From contig CAZSDS010000001.1 of the NCBI GenBank assembly GCA_964605735.1, positions 198,771 to 262,770 on the forward strand: a stretch of 64,000 nt of DNA, written 5' to 3'. Numbering within the stretch: the first letter of the stretch is position 1; every line of letters starts with the position of its first letter. The translations under genes were made by a program, and so were the position numbers. Below are positions 9,368 to 18,357 of the stretch, in pieces. The notes under the pieces were generated by a model. The model saw nothing but the letters and a program-made list of their open reading frames with translations, was not told the origin of the DNA and did not search any database. This stretch comes from an uncultured Candidatus Saccharibacteria bacterium (GTDB taxonomy: Bacteria > Patescibacteriota > Doudnabacteria > UBA920 > O2-02-FULL-48-8).

Positions 9368-10678
9368 ATGAATTCAAACAAGAAACCCAAACAGATAACC
9401 AAGCAGATAAAAAGAAGAATAACAATCACAACATTGCTGATAGCGGCAATGGTTTTTGGTTTTTATTCCGATGCCACGGTTTTAGGTCAGGCTGCCGATG
9501 ACTTGGTTAAGCAAAAAGAGGCCAAGCAAAGAGAACTGCAAGCCATTACCCAGCGTGTGGCTGAGCTTCAGACGCAAATCAACCAGCGAAAATCATTGTC
9601 GCGCACCTTAAACAATGAAATTGCGATTTTGAATTTGGAAATTGCCCAGACAGAGGCGCAAATTGAAGAAACACATGCGAGAATCGACACAACAAACTTG
9701 GAAATCGCGGATGTTACAAACAACATTGTGAAGACCGAACAAGAAATTGTTAAGAACAAGGAAGTTTTGAAAAAACTCATTGCACAGATCTATGATTTGG
9801 ATCAAATGTCGCCGCTGGAAATTGCTCTTGAGAACGATAATTTTTCTGAATTCTTAAACCAAATGCAATATACGACTAACGTCCAGGAGCGCAGCCAGGA
9901 GTCTTTGAACAACATCAGAAAACTGAAAGCTGAGCTGGAGTTGCGCAGCGCTGAATTGAAAAAGCATCGCGCGGAATTGGATGCCTTGAATGAACAGCTG
10001 GAATTGACCCAGGCTGGGCTTGATGGCCAGCGAGTAGCCAAACAGCAAATTTTGGACCAGACCAGAAGCCAGGAACGAGCTTACCAGGCATTGCTTAACG
10101 AATCAGCCAACCTTGAAGAGCAGATTGAAAAAGAAATCTATGATTTGGATGCTGAGATTAGCCGCAGGCTTGGAAACCGAAAATTACCTCCTAAGAAGGG
10201 ATTGTTTATGTGGCCAATGGAAGGCACTTTGACACAGGGCTACGGCAACACAGGATTTACTTCACTTGGGTATAATTACCATAACGGTCTGGATATTGCG
10301 GCACCGGCTGGCCGACAAATATTTGCTGCTTATGATGGCGTGGTTGAAGATACAGGCACCGGACAAGGCGCTTATGGCAACTGGGTTACTATCCGCCACA
10401 CTGTGACCGGCGGGCGCCAGCTGATTACTTTGTACGCGCACATGAGCTCGTTCAAGGTTAAAAGGGGTCAAACAGTGAAGATGGGTGATCTGGTTGGTTT
10501 TGAAGGCAATACCGGAAACACTACTCGCTTGCTTTATGGACCTCACCGCGGTTACCACTTGCACTTCACAGTATTTGACGCTGAAGGTTATGGCGTAAGC
10601 AAAGGAACTTTGGTCAAACAGTTTGGCACCTATTATGTCCCTTACGGCGCAACATATAACCCAATGGACTTCCTATAA
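9368..10678 (+). CDS. M23/LytM-family metallopeptidase with N-terminal signal anchor and long coiled coil (EnvC-like)
   Basis: The C-terminal LytM domain shows HNGLDIAAPAGRQIFAAYDGVV, GNWVTIRH and HLHF (the HxH zinc site). The N-terminal 250 aa are heptad-rich. The ORF-track start at 9347 lies inside the promoter, so the ATG at 9368 (MNSNKKPKQ) was chosen instead. Confidence 0.8.
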   Translation: MNSNKKPKQITKQIKRRITITTLLIAAMVFGFYSDATVLGQAADDLVKQKEAKQRELQAITQRVAELQTQINQRKSLSRTLNNEIAILNLEIAQTEAQIEETHARIDTTNLEIADVTNNIVKTEQEIVKNKEVLKKLIAQIYDLDQMSPLEIALENDNFSEFLNQMQYTTNVQERSQESLNNIRKLKAELELRSAELKKHRAELDALNEQLELTQAGLDGQRVAKQQILDQTRSQERAYQALLNESANLEEQIEKEIYDLDAEISRRLGNRKLPPKKGLFMWPMEGTLTQGYGNTGFTSLGYNYHNGLDIAAPAGRQIFAAYDGVVEDTGTGQGAYGNWVTIRHTVTGGRQLITLYAHMSSFKVKRGQTVKMGDLVGFEGNTGNTTRLLYGPHRGYHLHFTVFDAEGYGVSKGTLVKQFGTYYVPYGATYNPMDFL

Positions 10679-10694
10679 AAAAGAAATTTAAAGA

Positions 10695-10716
10695 CCCGCA
10701 ATCTGCGGGTTTTTTG
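10695..10716 (+). terminator. Intrinsic terminator
   Basis: Sequence CCCGCAatcTGCGGGttttttg, directly after the M23 peptidase stop. Confidence 0.6.
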
Positions 10717-10742
10717 TTTCAATAAAAAAACGCTCAGACGAA

Positions 10743-11270
10743 TTATTTCTGAGCGGGTGCCTTGGCGTGGTCAAAGCTTGAGACCCGAAAACCTTCAAAC
10801 CACTCCATGAGCCTGCTTCGGCAAGGCGGTAGAGGGTCGCAGGATATCGCATACAAGCCTAGAAGATAGACCCAACCCATACCTGTTAGTCTAAGATCGG
10901 GACCAAAACAGAGGCAGTATGCTAGCAAGATTAGTCGGATGGCACACATCACTGGATCAATTTTGGCTGGGTTTTCCAATCCTTTGCTAAGACGTCTGTA
11001 AGCGATGGTTTCCAGGGATTCGATCCTGTAGACTACGATCAGGCCGACTCCTGACAGCAGTACAGCCGCAGCCATCATTGTGACAACCCTGGGCACCATG
11101 TCTTCTAATCCGGCAAACAAGCTGAAGAAAAACCAGAGAGCTAAGCAGCAGGCCAGGAGGAAAATTTGGTACCCTAGCCAAATGCAACTTCTTCCCGTTA
11201 GTCGCTGAATGCAATGGCACAGGCTTTCGGTGCGGGAGATTAGCCAGGCGTCGATTTTTGCCAATATCAC
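10743..11270 (-). CDS. Hypothetical polytopic membrane protein (GC-rich ORFan)
   Basis: 175 aa with about 4 predicted TM helices. Local GC is clearly above the flanking DNA. A hairpin (cgctcaga...tctgagcg) with a U-run overlaps the stop. Confidence 0.4.
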   Translation of the reverse strand: MILAKIDAWLISRTESLCHCIQRLTGRSCIWLGYQIFLLACCLALWFFFSLFAGLEDMVPRVVTMMAAAVLLSGVGLIVVYRIESLETIAYRRLSKGLENPAKIDPVMCAIRLILLAYCLCFGPDLRLTGMGWVYLLGLYAISCDPLPPCRSRLMEWFEGFRVSSFDHAKAPAQK

Positions 11271-11685
11271 ACCTCCTTGGAATGATGACCAATCATATCA
11301 CGGATAGGTGCCGCTGACAAGAGGTCGAATTTACGAAAACTGGAACTGCCCTACCTTAAAAATGATTTTAGCGGGGGAGGGGTTCTTTAAATGAATTAAC
11401 TTGGGTTGCGAGTGAGGGGAATAAAATAAAAAAAATTTTTCAAAAAATGAGAACAATAATATTAAATAGGGAACATAGAAGTGAATGAATTTGATCCGGC
11501 CAATTTGCTTATATTAAAGGTTTTTAAACTAACTATGTGTCGCATAAGTACCATTGTGCGACAAGCTTCTGCTCCCAGAATATCCTTCATTCAAGCGTTT
11601 TATAACCTCACCATCCTACATACTACCGTTCTCATTCATGACCGTAGTACTACTACGCTCTAGTTGAGAAAAATAATCTACGTTC

Positions 11686-12270
11686 CTAATGTTTGTATTT
11701 ATATTTACCAGTTTTTATATACTCTTCCAATGCCGGCATTAATTTATTGATATCAAGGGTAGACATCCTCCTTATAAATTTTTCTACTTCTTCCTTATTA
11801 GGATGCCATTTCTTTAGTTGAGTCAAGCGATTGGTAACTGTCTTGCGATATTTAACGACCGTGTTTAGGTTAAGTTTAACAGGTAACTCTATCCCTTTTT
11901 TTGTAAGTCTGGTGTACAAGACATTTAACCGAATTTTTTCTTTTTGCACTTCTAGTATACTTAAGGAATAATCGATCTCGTGATTTGGAATAGTATCTAT
12001 TATTTTGGTATAACGTTGTTTAGTTTCGTGAGTCAAAAATTTTTTAATCCATACCTCAGGTCTTTTTGGATGGTAATTGTAATATCCGCAGATAAGTACA
12101 ATTTTACCAAGTTCTTCTGCTGCATGACAAGTAAGTACAAAAGAAATTCCTGCATCGTTTTTTTCCATCTTTTCAGCGCACACTAAAAGTCGTTCTGCAT
12201 TAATAATGCAATTAATAATACCTTTAGCTAGTTGCTCAACGCTGTAGTTCATAAGATAAGTGGAATACAT
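11686..12270 (-). CDS. Hypothetical all-alpha protein (AT-rich ORFan; possible Abi-like or accessory cargo, unverified)
   Basis: 194 aa on very AT-rich DNA. It is separated from the next gene by about 400 bp of noncoding sequence. No recognisable catalytic motif was found by eye. Confidence 0.4.
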   Translation of the reverse strand: MYSTYLMNYSVEQLAKGIINCIINAERLLVCAEKMEKNDAGISFVLTCHAAEELGKIVLICGYYNYHPKRPEVWIKKFLTHETKQRYTKIIDTIPNHEIDYSLSILEVQKEKIRLNVLYTRLTKKGIELPVKLNLNTVVKYRKTVTNRLTQLKKWHPNKEEVEKFIRRMSTLDINKLMPALEEYIKTGKYKYKH

Positions 12271-12299
12271 TATTAGTAATAAACAAAAAGAACTCAGTT

Positions 12300-13052
12300 T
12301 TAAGAGTTCTTTTTTACAACCATCATGACTGTGTCTGTTTTGTGATAGCCTTCGTGGGTTCCAGTTTCATATTCGTAAATTGAACTGATTACATTATCAT
12401 ATTTGAACTTGAAGTGTCTGCCGTTACGGGTGCCCGGATCGTTTGTGATAAATTCCTTGGTGGTGTCGTCATATCCAATGATCGGTAGCATGTGGGTTAG
12501 CGGGCCAGCGCCGGTGTAGTTTGGGTTGTCTAAAATTTGGCCATTTGTTGGAACAATCACTATATTCCCCTTCGCCAACTCTTCTTTAATATCTTCAGAA
12601 GTAATTTTGCGGCGAATTTCATAATTACTGTGCTTGTAATATTCTTCGAACAATTTTCCGGTATCAACAATTGACCGGTCCACATAACCTCCCAGGTGCT
12701 GAGCTTGGTATTCTGATACAGCAATAATTTCAGCTTCAGCTTGCTGCATGGTCATGGTTTTTCCTGTCAGCCACAAATGTGCCATCAAAATAGATGCTTC
12801 CTCGCATCCGTCCTGCTGTCTGGGATCAGACCATTTGGCGGTAGGCGCCTGCGGGATGAAGGGCACATCAATCAAGACCTTATCAGGGGTGATAACGTCT
12901 GGTTCGCGTTGTTCGTTTTCACGTTCAATAGCCTGCTGGTTTTGGTTTTGCTGGACACCTTGATAAAACTCGCGGGTGTCGTCACGAAAAAAAACATAAG
13001 CGACTCCCCCCGCCAATCCAATTATGACTATAAAAATTAGAAATTTTTTCAT
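12300..13052 (-). CDS. Membrane-anchored C39-like (papain-fold) peptidase domain protein (Peptidase_C39_2-like)
   Basis: 250 aa with an N-terminal TM anchor. The Peptidase_C39_2-like signature IPQAPTAKWSDPRQQDGCEEASILMAHLW is present (Cys nucleophile), with a downstream His-containing region. Confidence 0.55.
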   Translation of the reverse strand: MKKFLIFIVIIGLAGGVAYVFFRDDTREFYQGVQQNQNQQAIERENEQREPDVITPDKVLIDVPFIPQAPTAKWSDPRQQDGCEEASILMAHLWLTGKTMTMQQAEAEIIAVSEYQAQHLGGYVDRSIVDTGKLFEEYYKHSNYEIRRKITSEDIKEELAKGNIVIVPTNGQILDNPNYTGAGPLTHMLPIIGYDDTTKEFITNDPGTRNGRHFKFKYDNVISSIYEYETGTHEGYHKTDTVMMVVKKNS

Positions 13053-13056
13053 AAAT

Positions 13057-13722
13057 TTATTCTCTTGACTCTATAACACGATCTTTACCTGCGCGCTTTG
13101 CTTCGTACAAGGCCTGGTCAGCTCGCTTGAACACTTCCCCCATATCATCGTCCATATTAAAGTCTGTAACTCCCCCACTAAGCGTGATGGTTGTTTCTTT
13201 TCCTTCGATTGAGGTTTGGACATTAACCCTTGCGCGTCCAACCTCTTCTCCATCTTTTTTCTGGTAAAGCTTGTTGATGATTCCTTCAGAATCGGTTTTA
13301 TCGAACACGACAACAAATTCTTCACCACCCCAACGAGCAACTAAATCCGTTTTTCTAACTGAGGATTTCAGGTGTGAAGCGACGGCCTTGAGAATTTCAT
13401 CACCAACATCATGGCCAAACGCATCATTAACAATTTTAAAGTTATCGATGTCCAGAACAAGCATTGAACCTCTTGTGGTTTTTGCATTCTCTGGCCGGCC
13501 GAGTTGTTTGCGTTCAAGATTGAGCTTTAAACCATTAAGATTTAGTATTCCAGTCTTTGAATCAAAATATGCAAGTTTTTCAAGCTCCGCGATTTTATCC
13601 TGGCTCTGCTTGAGCTGTTCTTTCAGTTCAGCGTTTTCAGCCTGCAGGGTTTCCACTGCTTCCAGTGTTTCCTGCTTTGCTTCCGTTTGCTCTGGTTTAA
13701 AACCAATTTTTTCTGGGTTCAT
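13057..13722 (-). CDS. GGDEF-domain diguanylate cyclase with N-terminal coiled coil
   Basis: 221 aa. It has DIDNFKIVNDAFGHDVGDEILK and the active-site RWGGEEF (GGEEF) motif. It lies 4 nt downstream of the C39-like gene. Confidence 0.8.
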   Translation of the reverse strand: MNPEKIGFKPEQTEAKQETLEAVETLQAENAELKEQLKQSQDKIAELEKLAYFDSKTGILNLNGLKLNLERKQLGRPENAKTTRGSMLVLDIDNFKIVNDAFGHDVGDEILKAVASHLKSSVRKTDLVARWGGEEFVVVFDKTDSEGIINKLYQKKDGEEVGRARVNVQTSIEGKETTITLSGGVTDFNMDDDMGEVFKRADQALYEAKRAGKDRVIESRE

Positions 13723-13746
13723 ATTGTTAGGATTATTCTATCAGGC

Positions 13747-14718
13747 TTAAATGCTCACCGCAAAGTGCATTTGCACGATTTTCGCTACTTCATCAGCGTT
13801 TTTGGCATTGTACAGTTCCACTCGCATCTCTGAAGCGCCAGGGTAGTTATTAACGTAGGCTTTATAATGCTTTTTCATAATGTCAAAACTTTTGATGCTT
13901 TTAAAGAGTTGTTCAAATAAATATGTGTGTTCCAGCATGACTTTCAAACGTTCTTCCAGAGGAATGGCTTCTTTGTCCCTGCCAGTAAACAGCCAAGGAT
14001 TTCCAAAAATTCCTCGTCCGAGCATTACGCCGTCACATCCGGTTTCTTTGGTTTTGCTGACAGCTTCTGAAATTGTTTTGACATCGCCGTTGCCGAGCAG
14101 TAATGGCCTGTCTTCTTCTTTTATTGCTTTAACCAGTTCAACAATCCGCGGCATCAATTCCCAGTGCGCCGGTACAAGCGACATTTCTTTGACTGTGCGC
14201 AAGTGCACTGTCAGCGCGGCTGGTTTGGTTTCCAGGATCGCAGGAATCCAGGTGTCGATTTCGTTCTTGTAAAATCCGATTCTGGTTTTTACAGAGACTG
14301 GCAAGTCCCCTGCCCCATCCTTTGTAGCGGAAACAATTTCTTTGGCAAGCGCTGGGTCTTTAATCAGCGCTGAGCAGGAATTTTGGTTAAGAACTTTTTT
14401 GACGGGACAACCCATATTAATGTCAACTCCATCAAAGCCGAGTTCTTTTACCATTTTGGCAACTTTGTAAAAATTTTCAGGATTAGACCCAAAAATCTGC
14501 GCGACAATCGGGCGCTGAGTTTCGGTGTACATGAAATCAACCAGAAGCCTTTCCTGACCAGGTGAAAGCAAACCGTCGATTGAAACGAATTCGGTCCACA
14601 TGACATCCGGTTTTCCGTACTTGGCAATAATACGACGAAAAGCCTCGTCCGTAACATCTGCCATTGGAGCGAGGGCCATAATTGGTTTTTTTAGTTTTGA
14701 CCAGAATCCGGTATTCAT
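13747..14718 (-). CDS. dus: tRNA-dihydrouridine synthase
   Basis: The Dus signature MALAPMADVTDEAFRR is present, in a TIM-barrel FMN enzyme. The ATG at 14718 (MNTGFWSKL...) was preferred because the ORF-track start at 14892 would add about 58 aa and overlap the next gene. Confidence 0.8.
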   Translation of the reverse strand: MNTGFWSKLKKPIMALAPMADVTDEAFRRIIAKYGKPDVMWTEFVSIDGLLSPGQERLLVDFMYTETQRPIVAQIFGSNPENFYKVAKMVKELGFDGVDINMGCPVKKVLNQNSCSALIKDPALAKEIVSATKDGAGDLPVSVKTRIGFYKNEIDTWIPAILETKPAALTVHLRTVKEMSLVPAHWELMPRIVELVKAIKEEDRPLLLGNGDVKTISEAVSKTKETGCDGVMLGRGIFGNPWLFTGRDKEAIPLEERLKVMLEHTYLFEQLFKSIKSFDIMKKHYKAYVNNYPGASEMRVELYNAKNADEVAKIVQMHFAVSI

Positions 14719-14829
14719 AATTTCTTTATAAACGGCTTTAATTGTACCAGAAACTGGCAAAAATTTCAAGGCTGATGGTATTTGTAATTGATCCCGGTCC
14801 AGTATATACTCCTTGAACAAGGAGGGCAT

Positions 14830-15246
14830 ATGAGAACAGACATAGCCGTGAACAACAAAAGACGTACTGTGACGGATTTTGTCAGACAGCATGTGCCTGA
14901 TGGTACGGATTGGCCTTTAGTTGAGACCGCCAAAGATATTTTTGCAAAAGCGGTTATTGCGGGGTTTGTCACAACCCACAAATCAGTCGAGCAGATCCTG
15001 GTAAGGATTAGAAGAGTAAGGCTGGGTGGAACCAAAGCGAGCAATCGCGAAAAGTACCAGCAAAACCTTAGCGCGATGGCCACGGTTTTGGCTGAAAAGG
15101 AACAGCAGATCGAAAACCTCCGTGTGCAATTTCTGGCTGAAGTTGAGAAGAACAAGAACCTTCAGTGCCGAATTGATTACCTACAAGGTCTTCTGTTAAG
15201 CATTCAAGAAGGCATCAATGAAGCGAATATCCCCGTTGACGACTAG
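14830..15246 (+). CDS. Hypothetical protein with C-terminal coiled coil
   Basis: GGAGGG lies 4 nt upstream of the ATG at 14830 (MRTDIAVNNK...). Length is 138 aa. A terminator hairpin overlaps the stop. Confidence 0.45.
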   Translation: MRTDIAVNNKRRTVTDFVRQHVPDGTDWPLVETAKDIFAKAVIAGFVTTHKSVEQILVRIRRVRLGGTKASNREKYQQNLSAMATVLAEKEQQIENLRVQFLAEVEKNKNLQCRIDYLQGLLLSIQEGINEANIPVDD

Positions 15247-15279
15247 ACTTGCACGAGCAAGTCTTTTTATTTCTTTTTG
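15246..15279 (+). terminator. Intrinsic terminator
   Basis: Sequence AGACTTGCacgaGCAAGTCTttttatttcttttt. Confidence 0.55.
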
Positions 15280-16541
15280 CCGAAACTCAGTTTCATTGTC
15301 AGGATTTTGTCCGTGGAAAAGATTTTTCCTGCAACCATAATAAAAATCAGGAAAAGTGCAACCAGATAGATCATGCCATAAACAACTGGCTGGTATTGCC
15401 CGAGCATTATGTTTGGCGCGGCTTGGAAAACATGCGTGAAGGGAATCGCCAAAACCAGCCATCTTAACCCTGCAGAAACTGTGTTCAAATCCAGGAAGAA
15501 AACCAAAAAATAAGGGATCAAAACCATGATCATGAGAGGAGAGATTACACCTTGCGCGCCTTTTGTGTCTTCTGCCAATGAACCCAGGATCAGCGCTATT
15601 GATAATGCCACTAAAATTCCCAGAAACAGAACGCCGCCGAGCATCATGTAGTCTCCGGTGTTCATGGTGATGCCAAGCTGCTCAATGGCAGTTCTGTCCA
15701 CCCCGCTATTCCCTCCTGGGTTGTTTGCCAGACCGTTTATGTAACTGCTTAGCCCTATTAAGTAAAAACCTGAGCTTACAAGGGCGATCAGCCCTGCTGC
15801 TACCAATTTAGCCGCGACAATGGCATTCCTGTTTATAGGCGAGGATAAAAGCGTTTCCAGGGTTTTATTTTCTTTCTCTGAGGCAATGGACGTGGCAATC
15901 AGACTGGCCGCAAAAGTGATCACCATCATCAAGACAATTGGGATAAAAGTTGCCTGGGAAGTAATAAACCCCGTGACCTGGCCTATGGCCACATCCGCTT
16001 GTTTGTCCCTGACGATTGTATGGTTTTGCACCACCAGCGGGTTCGATAATTTTTGCAAATCAGCATTAGGCGCAGCTTGCTTAATGAGCTGATTGCTGAA
16101 AGCCTGGTTGATTGCGCCAAGAACCGGGCTTAAGTCAGCACGGGAGGCGCCCATGAAAGAAAAGCTTTTTATAATATAAAAAACTTCAAGGTTTGTCTGC
16201 TGGTTTTGCAGCATGTTGTCTTCAAACTCGTTGGGAATGAAAACGAAAGCTTTCTTGTCCGACTCCTTTGCCTTAATCAAAGCAATGTCTTTATCAACCT
16301 CTCCAGTTACTTCCACCTGAAAGCCGCTTTCCGTCAAAATCTCTATAAGCTGTCTGGAAGATTCTGAGCTGTCCAGGTCCATAACGCTGATTGCTCTCCC
16401 CTGTTCGGTTTTTTGCGATTCGCTGCCCGCGACTTTTCCTATAAAGAAAAAGACAATGACAATCAAAATAAGGGGTAGAATTATTTGGAGGGTCAGGAGT
16501 TCTCGGATTTCTTTTTTCAACAGGACAAAAAATTTTTTCAT
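15267..16541 (-). CDS. ABC-2 family transporter permease
   Basis: 424 aa. An N-terminal TM segment is followed by a large extracytoplasmic loop and a C-terminal 5-TM bundle, the typical ABC-2 exporter layout. It is translationally coupled to the upstream ATPase. Confidence 0.7.
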   Translation of the reverse strand: MKKFFVLLKKEIRELLTLQIILPLILIVIVFFFIGKVAGSESQKTEQGRAISVMDLDSSESSRQLIEILTESGFQVEVTGEVDKDIALIKAKESDKKAFVFIPNEFEDNMLQNQQTNLEVFYIIKSFSFMGASRADLSPVLGAINQAFSNQLIKQAAPNADLQKLSNPLVVQNHTIVRDKQADVAIGQVTGFITSQATFIPIVLMMVITFAASLIATSIASEKENKTLETLLSSPINRNAIVAAKLVAAGLIALVSSGFYLIGLSSYINGLANNPGGNSGVDRTAIEQLGITMNTGDYMMLGGVLFLGILVALSIALILGSLAEDTKGAQGVISPLMIMVLIPYFLVFFLDLNTVSAGLRWLVLAIPFTHVFQAAPNIMLGQYQPVVYGMIYLVALFLIFIMVAGKIFSTDKILTMKLSFGKKK

Positions 16542-16543
16542 GT

Positions 16544-17269
16544 TTAGTTGCGCTGGGTCAATTTAATAAATACTTCTTCCAGGTTTTCTGACTGGTATTT
16601 TTGTTTCAATTCCTGGCTGGTGCCGGTTTCTTTGATCTCACCTTTATAAATTATGGCCAGCCTGTCAGACAAAAATTCAATTTCAAGCATGTTGTGGCTG
16701 GATAAAAGAACTGTCATACCCTCTCTAGCCAGCTGGCGGATGGTGTAGCGGACTTCCAGGGCATTGATTACGTCCAATCCGCTTGTCGGTTCGTCCATGA
16801 TGGCAAGTTTTGGTCTGGACATGACAGTGCGGGCGAGCAGGAGTTTTCTGGTCATTCCTTTGCTGTAGGTTTTGATTTTATCCTTGAGCCGGTCCTTCAA
16901 TCCAGTCATTTCTTTCCCGAATTCCAGAAACTGCTTTTGCTTGGCTGAATCATCTGTTTGGATTGCGGCCATAAATTGCAAATAACCCAAACCTGTCAGG
17001 TTTTTGTAAGCGCCAGCTTCTTCTGGCAGATAGCTGATGATTTCTCTGACTTTGTGGGCGTCTTTTTTTACGTCCAAACCAAAAATCTCCACGTCACCGC
17101 TCGTGATGGTTAATATTGTGGCTATCATTTTAAGCGTGGTGGATTTACCTGCTCCGTTAGGTCCAATCAAGCTGAAAATTTCATTTGGTAGGACGGTAAA
17201 ATTGACGTTATTGACTGCCTTAAAATTGCCGTAATTTTTTGTTAGGTTAGTGAGTTTGAGTGCTTCCAT
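16544..17269 (-). CDS. ABC transporter ATP-binding protein
   Basis: Walker A (GPNGAGKST), the signature region and Walker B (MDEPTSGLD) are present. The ATG at 17269 (MEALKLTNLTKNYG) was chosen over the longer ORF-track start because the latter overlaps tmk. Confidence 0.85.
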   Translation of the reverse strand: MEALKLTNLTKNYGNFKAVNNVNFTVLPNEIFSLIGPNGAGKSTTLKMIATILTITSGDVEIFGLDVKKDAHKVREIISYLPEEAGAYKNLTGLGYLQFMAAIQTDDSAKQKQFLEFGKEMTGLKDRLKDKIKTYSKGMTRKLLLARTVMSRPKLAIMDEPTSGLDVINALEVRYTIRQLAREGMTVLLSSHNMLEIEFLSDRLAIIYKGEIKETGTSQELKQKYQSENLEEVFIKLTQRN

Positions 17270-17373
17270 ATGGTTATTTGCAGAATAATATATTGGGCTA
17301 ATTTGGGCAACAGTTATTGTGATATAATACGGCGGGAACGGTTGCAAAGCATGATGAAAGGAGGCGAAATAAA

Positions 17374-18294
17374 ATGAAAACCGGATTTTACATGGCAATT
17401 GAAGGTCCTAGCCGGTCAGGCAAAACCACCCAGATCAAGAATCTGACCGAGTTCTGGCAGAAGAATTACCCAGAGCCTCTGGTGGTGACAAGGGAGCCTG
17501 GAGCTGGCCCGGGGCAATCGGAAATCGCGGACAAGATCCGTGACATTGTCCAGGGAGAGACTGCCCAGGGGTTCAAGGAAGAAATGAATCCGTGGGCTGA
17601 AGCCTGCTTGTACGCAGCGACCCGAGCCCAGACTCTGAGGCGGGTTGTTTTCCCTGCTCTGAGAAAGGGCCACAACGTGCTGGCTGACAGGTCTTTTGTC
17701 AGCAGCCTGGCATTCCAGGGCGGCGGCCGCGGGCTGGGGATTTCCCGAGTGATGGAGCTGAACCTGATTGCCATCACGGATTGGGACACTCCCGAGCGCC
17801 TCGGTGATTGGGGCAAAGTCGTAAAAGGCGAGATTGCCAAGTGCATCTACAATGAGCTTGTGGCCCAGAAGTTTCCTGGGGAAGAGCTTGAACGAGTGGC
17901 TTCCAACCTCCTCTACATGGCTTGCGAGGCTCAGACTACTGGGAATATAACTATCCCAGCCAACTCCCTACCATCAGAATGCAGCCAGGTGCGCTGCCAC
18001 ATGGCGCCGTTCTTGGTTCTGCATTTGGACATCAGTCCCGAGGAAATTTTCCGAAGGGAGCTGGATGTTAAAGGCGACAAGTTCGAAGGTCTGGACATTC
18101 AGTTCCACAGAAGGGTCCGCGACGCGTACTTTGAGTGCAAGGAGCGGGCACCGGTCATAAACTGGGTCACTGTCAACGGCGATCCAGAGCCAGGACTTAC
18201 GCCTGCACAGCTTGCCAATGAAGTTGAACTGAGAAAGGCAAGGGTTTTCGAAAAGATCATTAAGGGCATTAGCCCTTACCTCCCGCGTGCTTAG
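17374..18294 (+). CDS. tmk: Thymidylate (dTMP) kinase with an approximately 90-aa insertion in the LID region
   Basis: P-loop IEGPSRSGKTT, TREPG, DRSFVSSLAFQGG and a C-terminal FHRRVRDAY are present. A strong SD (GAAAGGAGG) precedes the start. At 306 aa it is about 100 aa longer than typical Tmk. The DNA is GC-rich. Confidence 0.8.
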   Translation: MKTGFYMAIEGPSRSGKTTQIKNLTEFWQKNYPEPLVVTREPGAGPGQSEIADKIRDIVQGETAQGFKEEMNPWAEACLYAATRAQTLRRVVFPALRKGHNVLADRSFVSSLAFQGGGRGLGISRVMELNLIAITDWDTPERLGDWGKVVKGEIAKCIYNELVAQKFPGEELERVASNLLYMACEAQTTGNITIPANSLPSECSQVRCHMAPFLVLHLDISPEEIFRRELDVKGDKFEGLDIQFHRRVRDAYFECKERAPVINWVTVNGDPEPGLTPAQLANEVELRKARVFEKIIKGISPYLPRA

Positions 18295-18325
18295 GTTTCG
18301 CGGGAGTTTTTATTTAATAAAAAAA

Positions 18326-18352
18326 CTGCGACGATAGTCTGTCGCAGTTTGG
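18326..18352. terminator. Bidirectional intrinsic terminator (tmk / thyX convergent)
   Basis: Sequence aaaaaaaCTGCGACgatagtctGTCGCAGtttggtcttttt. Confidence 0.6.
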
Positions 18353-18357
18353 TCTTT

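Noticed and set aside
14718-17398. Long N-terminal extensions in the ORF track for dus (to 14892), the ABC ATPase (to 17398), rplA (to 33314), atpD (to 57410), atpF (to 60823), the 22787 gene (to 23425) and the M23 peptidase (from 9347)
   Set aside because: The extensions overlap neighbouring genes or promoters, and they lack the conserved N-terminal motifs that appear at the internal ATGs (for example MALAPMADVTD, MEALKLTNL, MGKRLETARKEVD and [13 protein letters not shown]). The internal starts with SDs were chosen.
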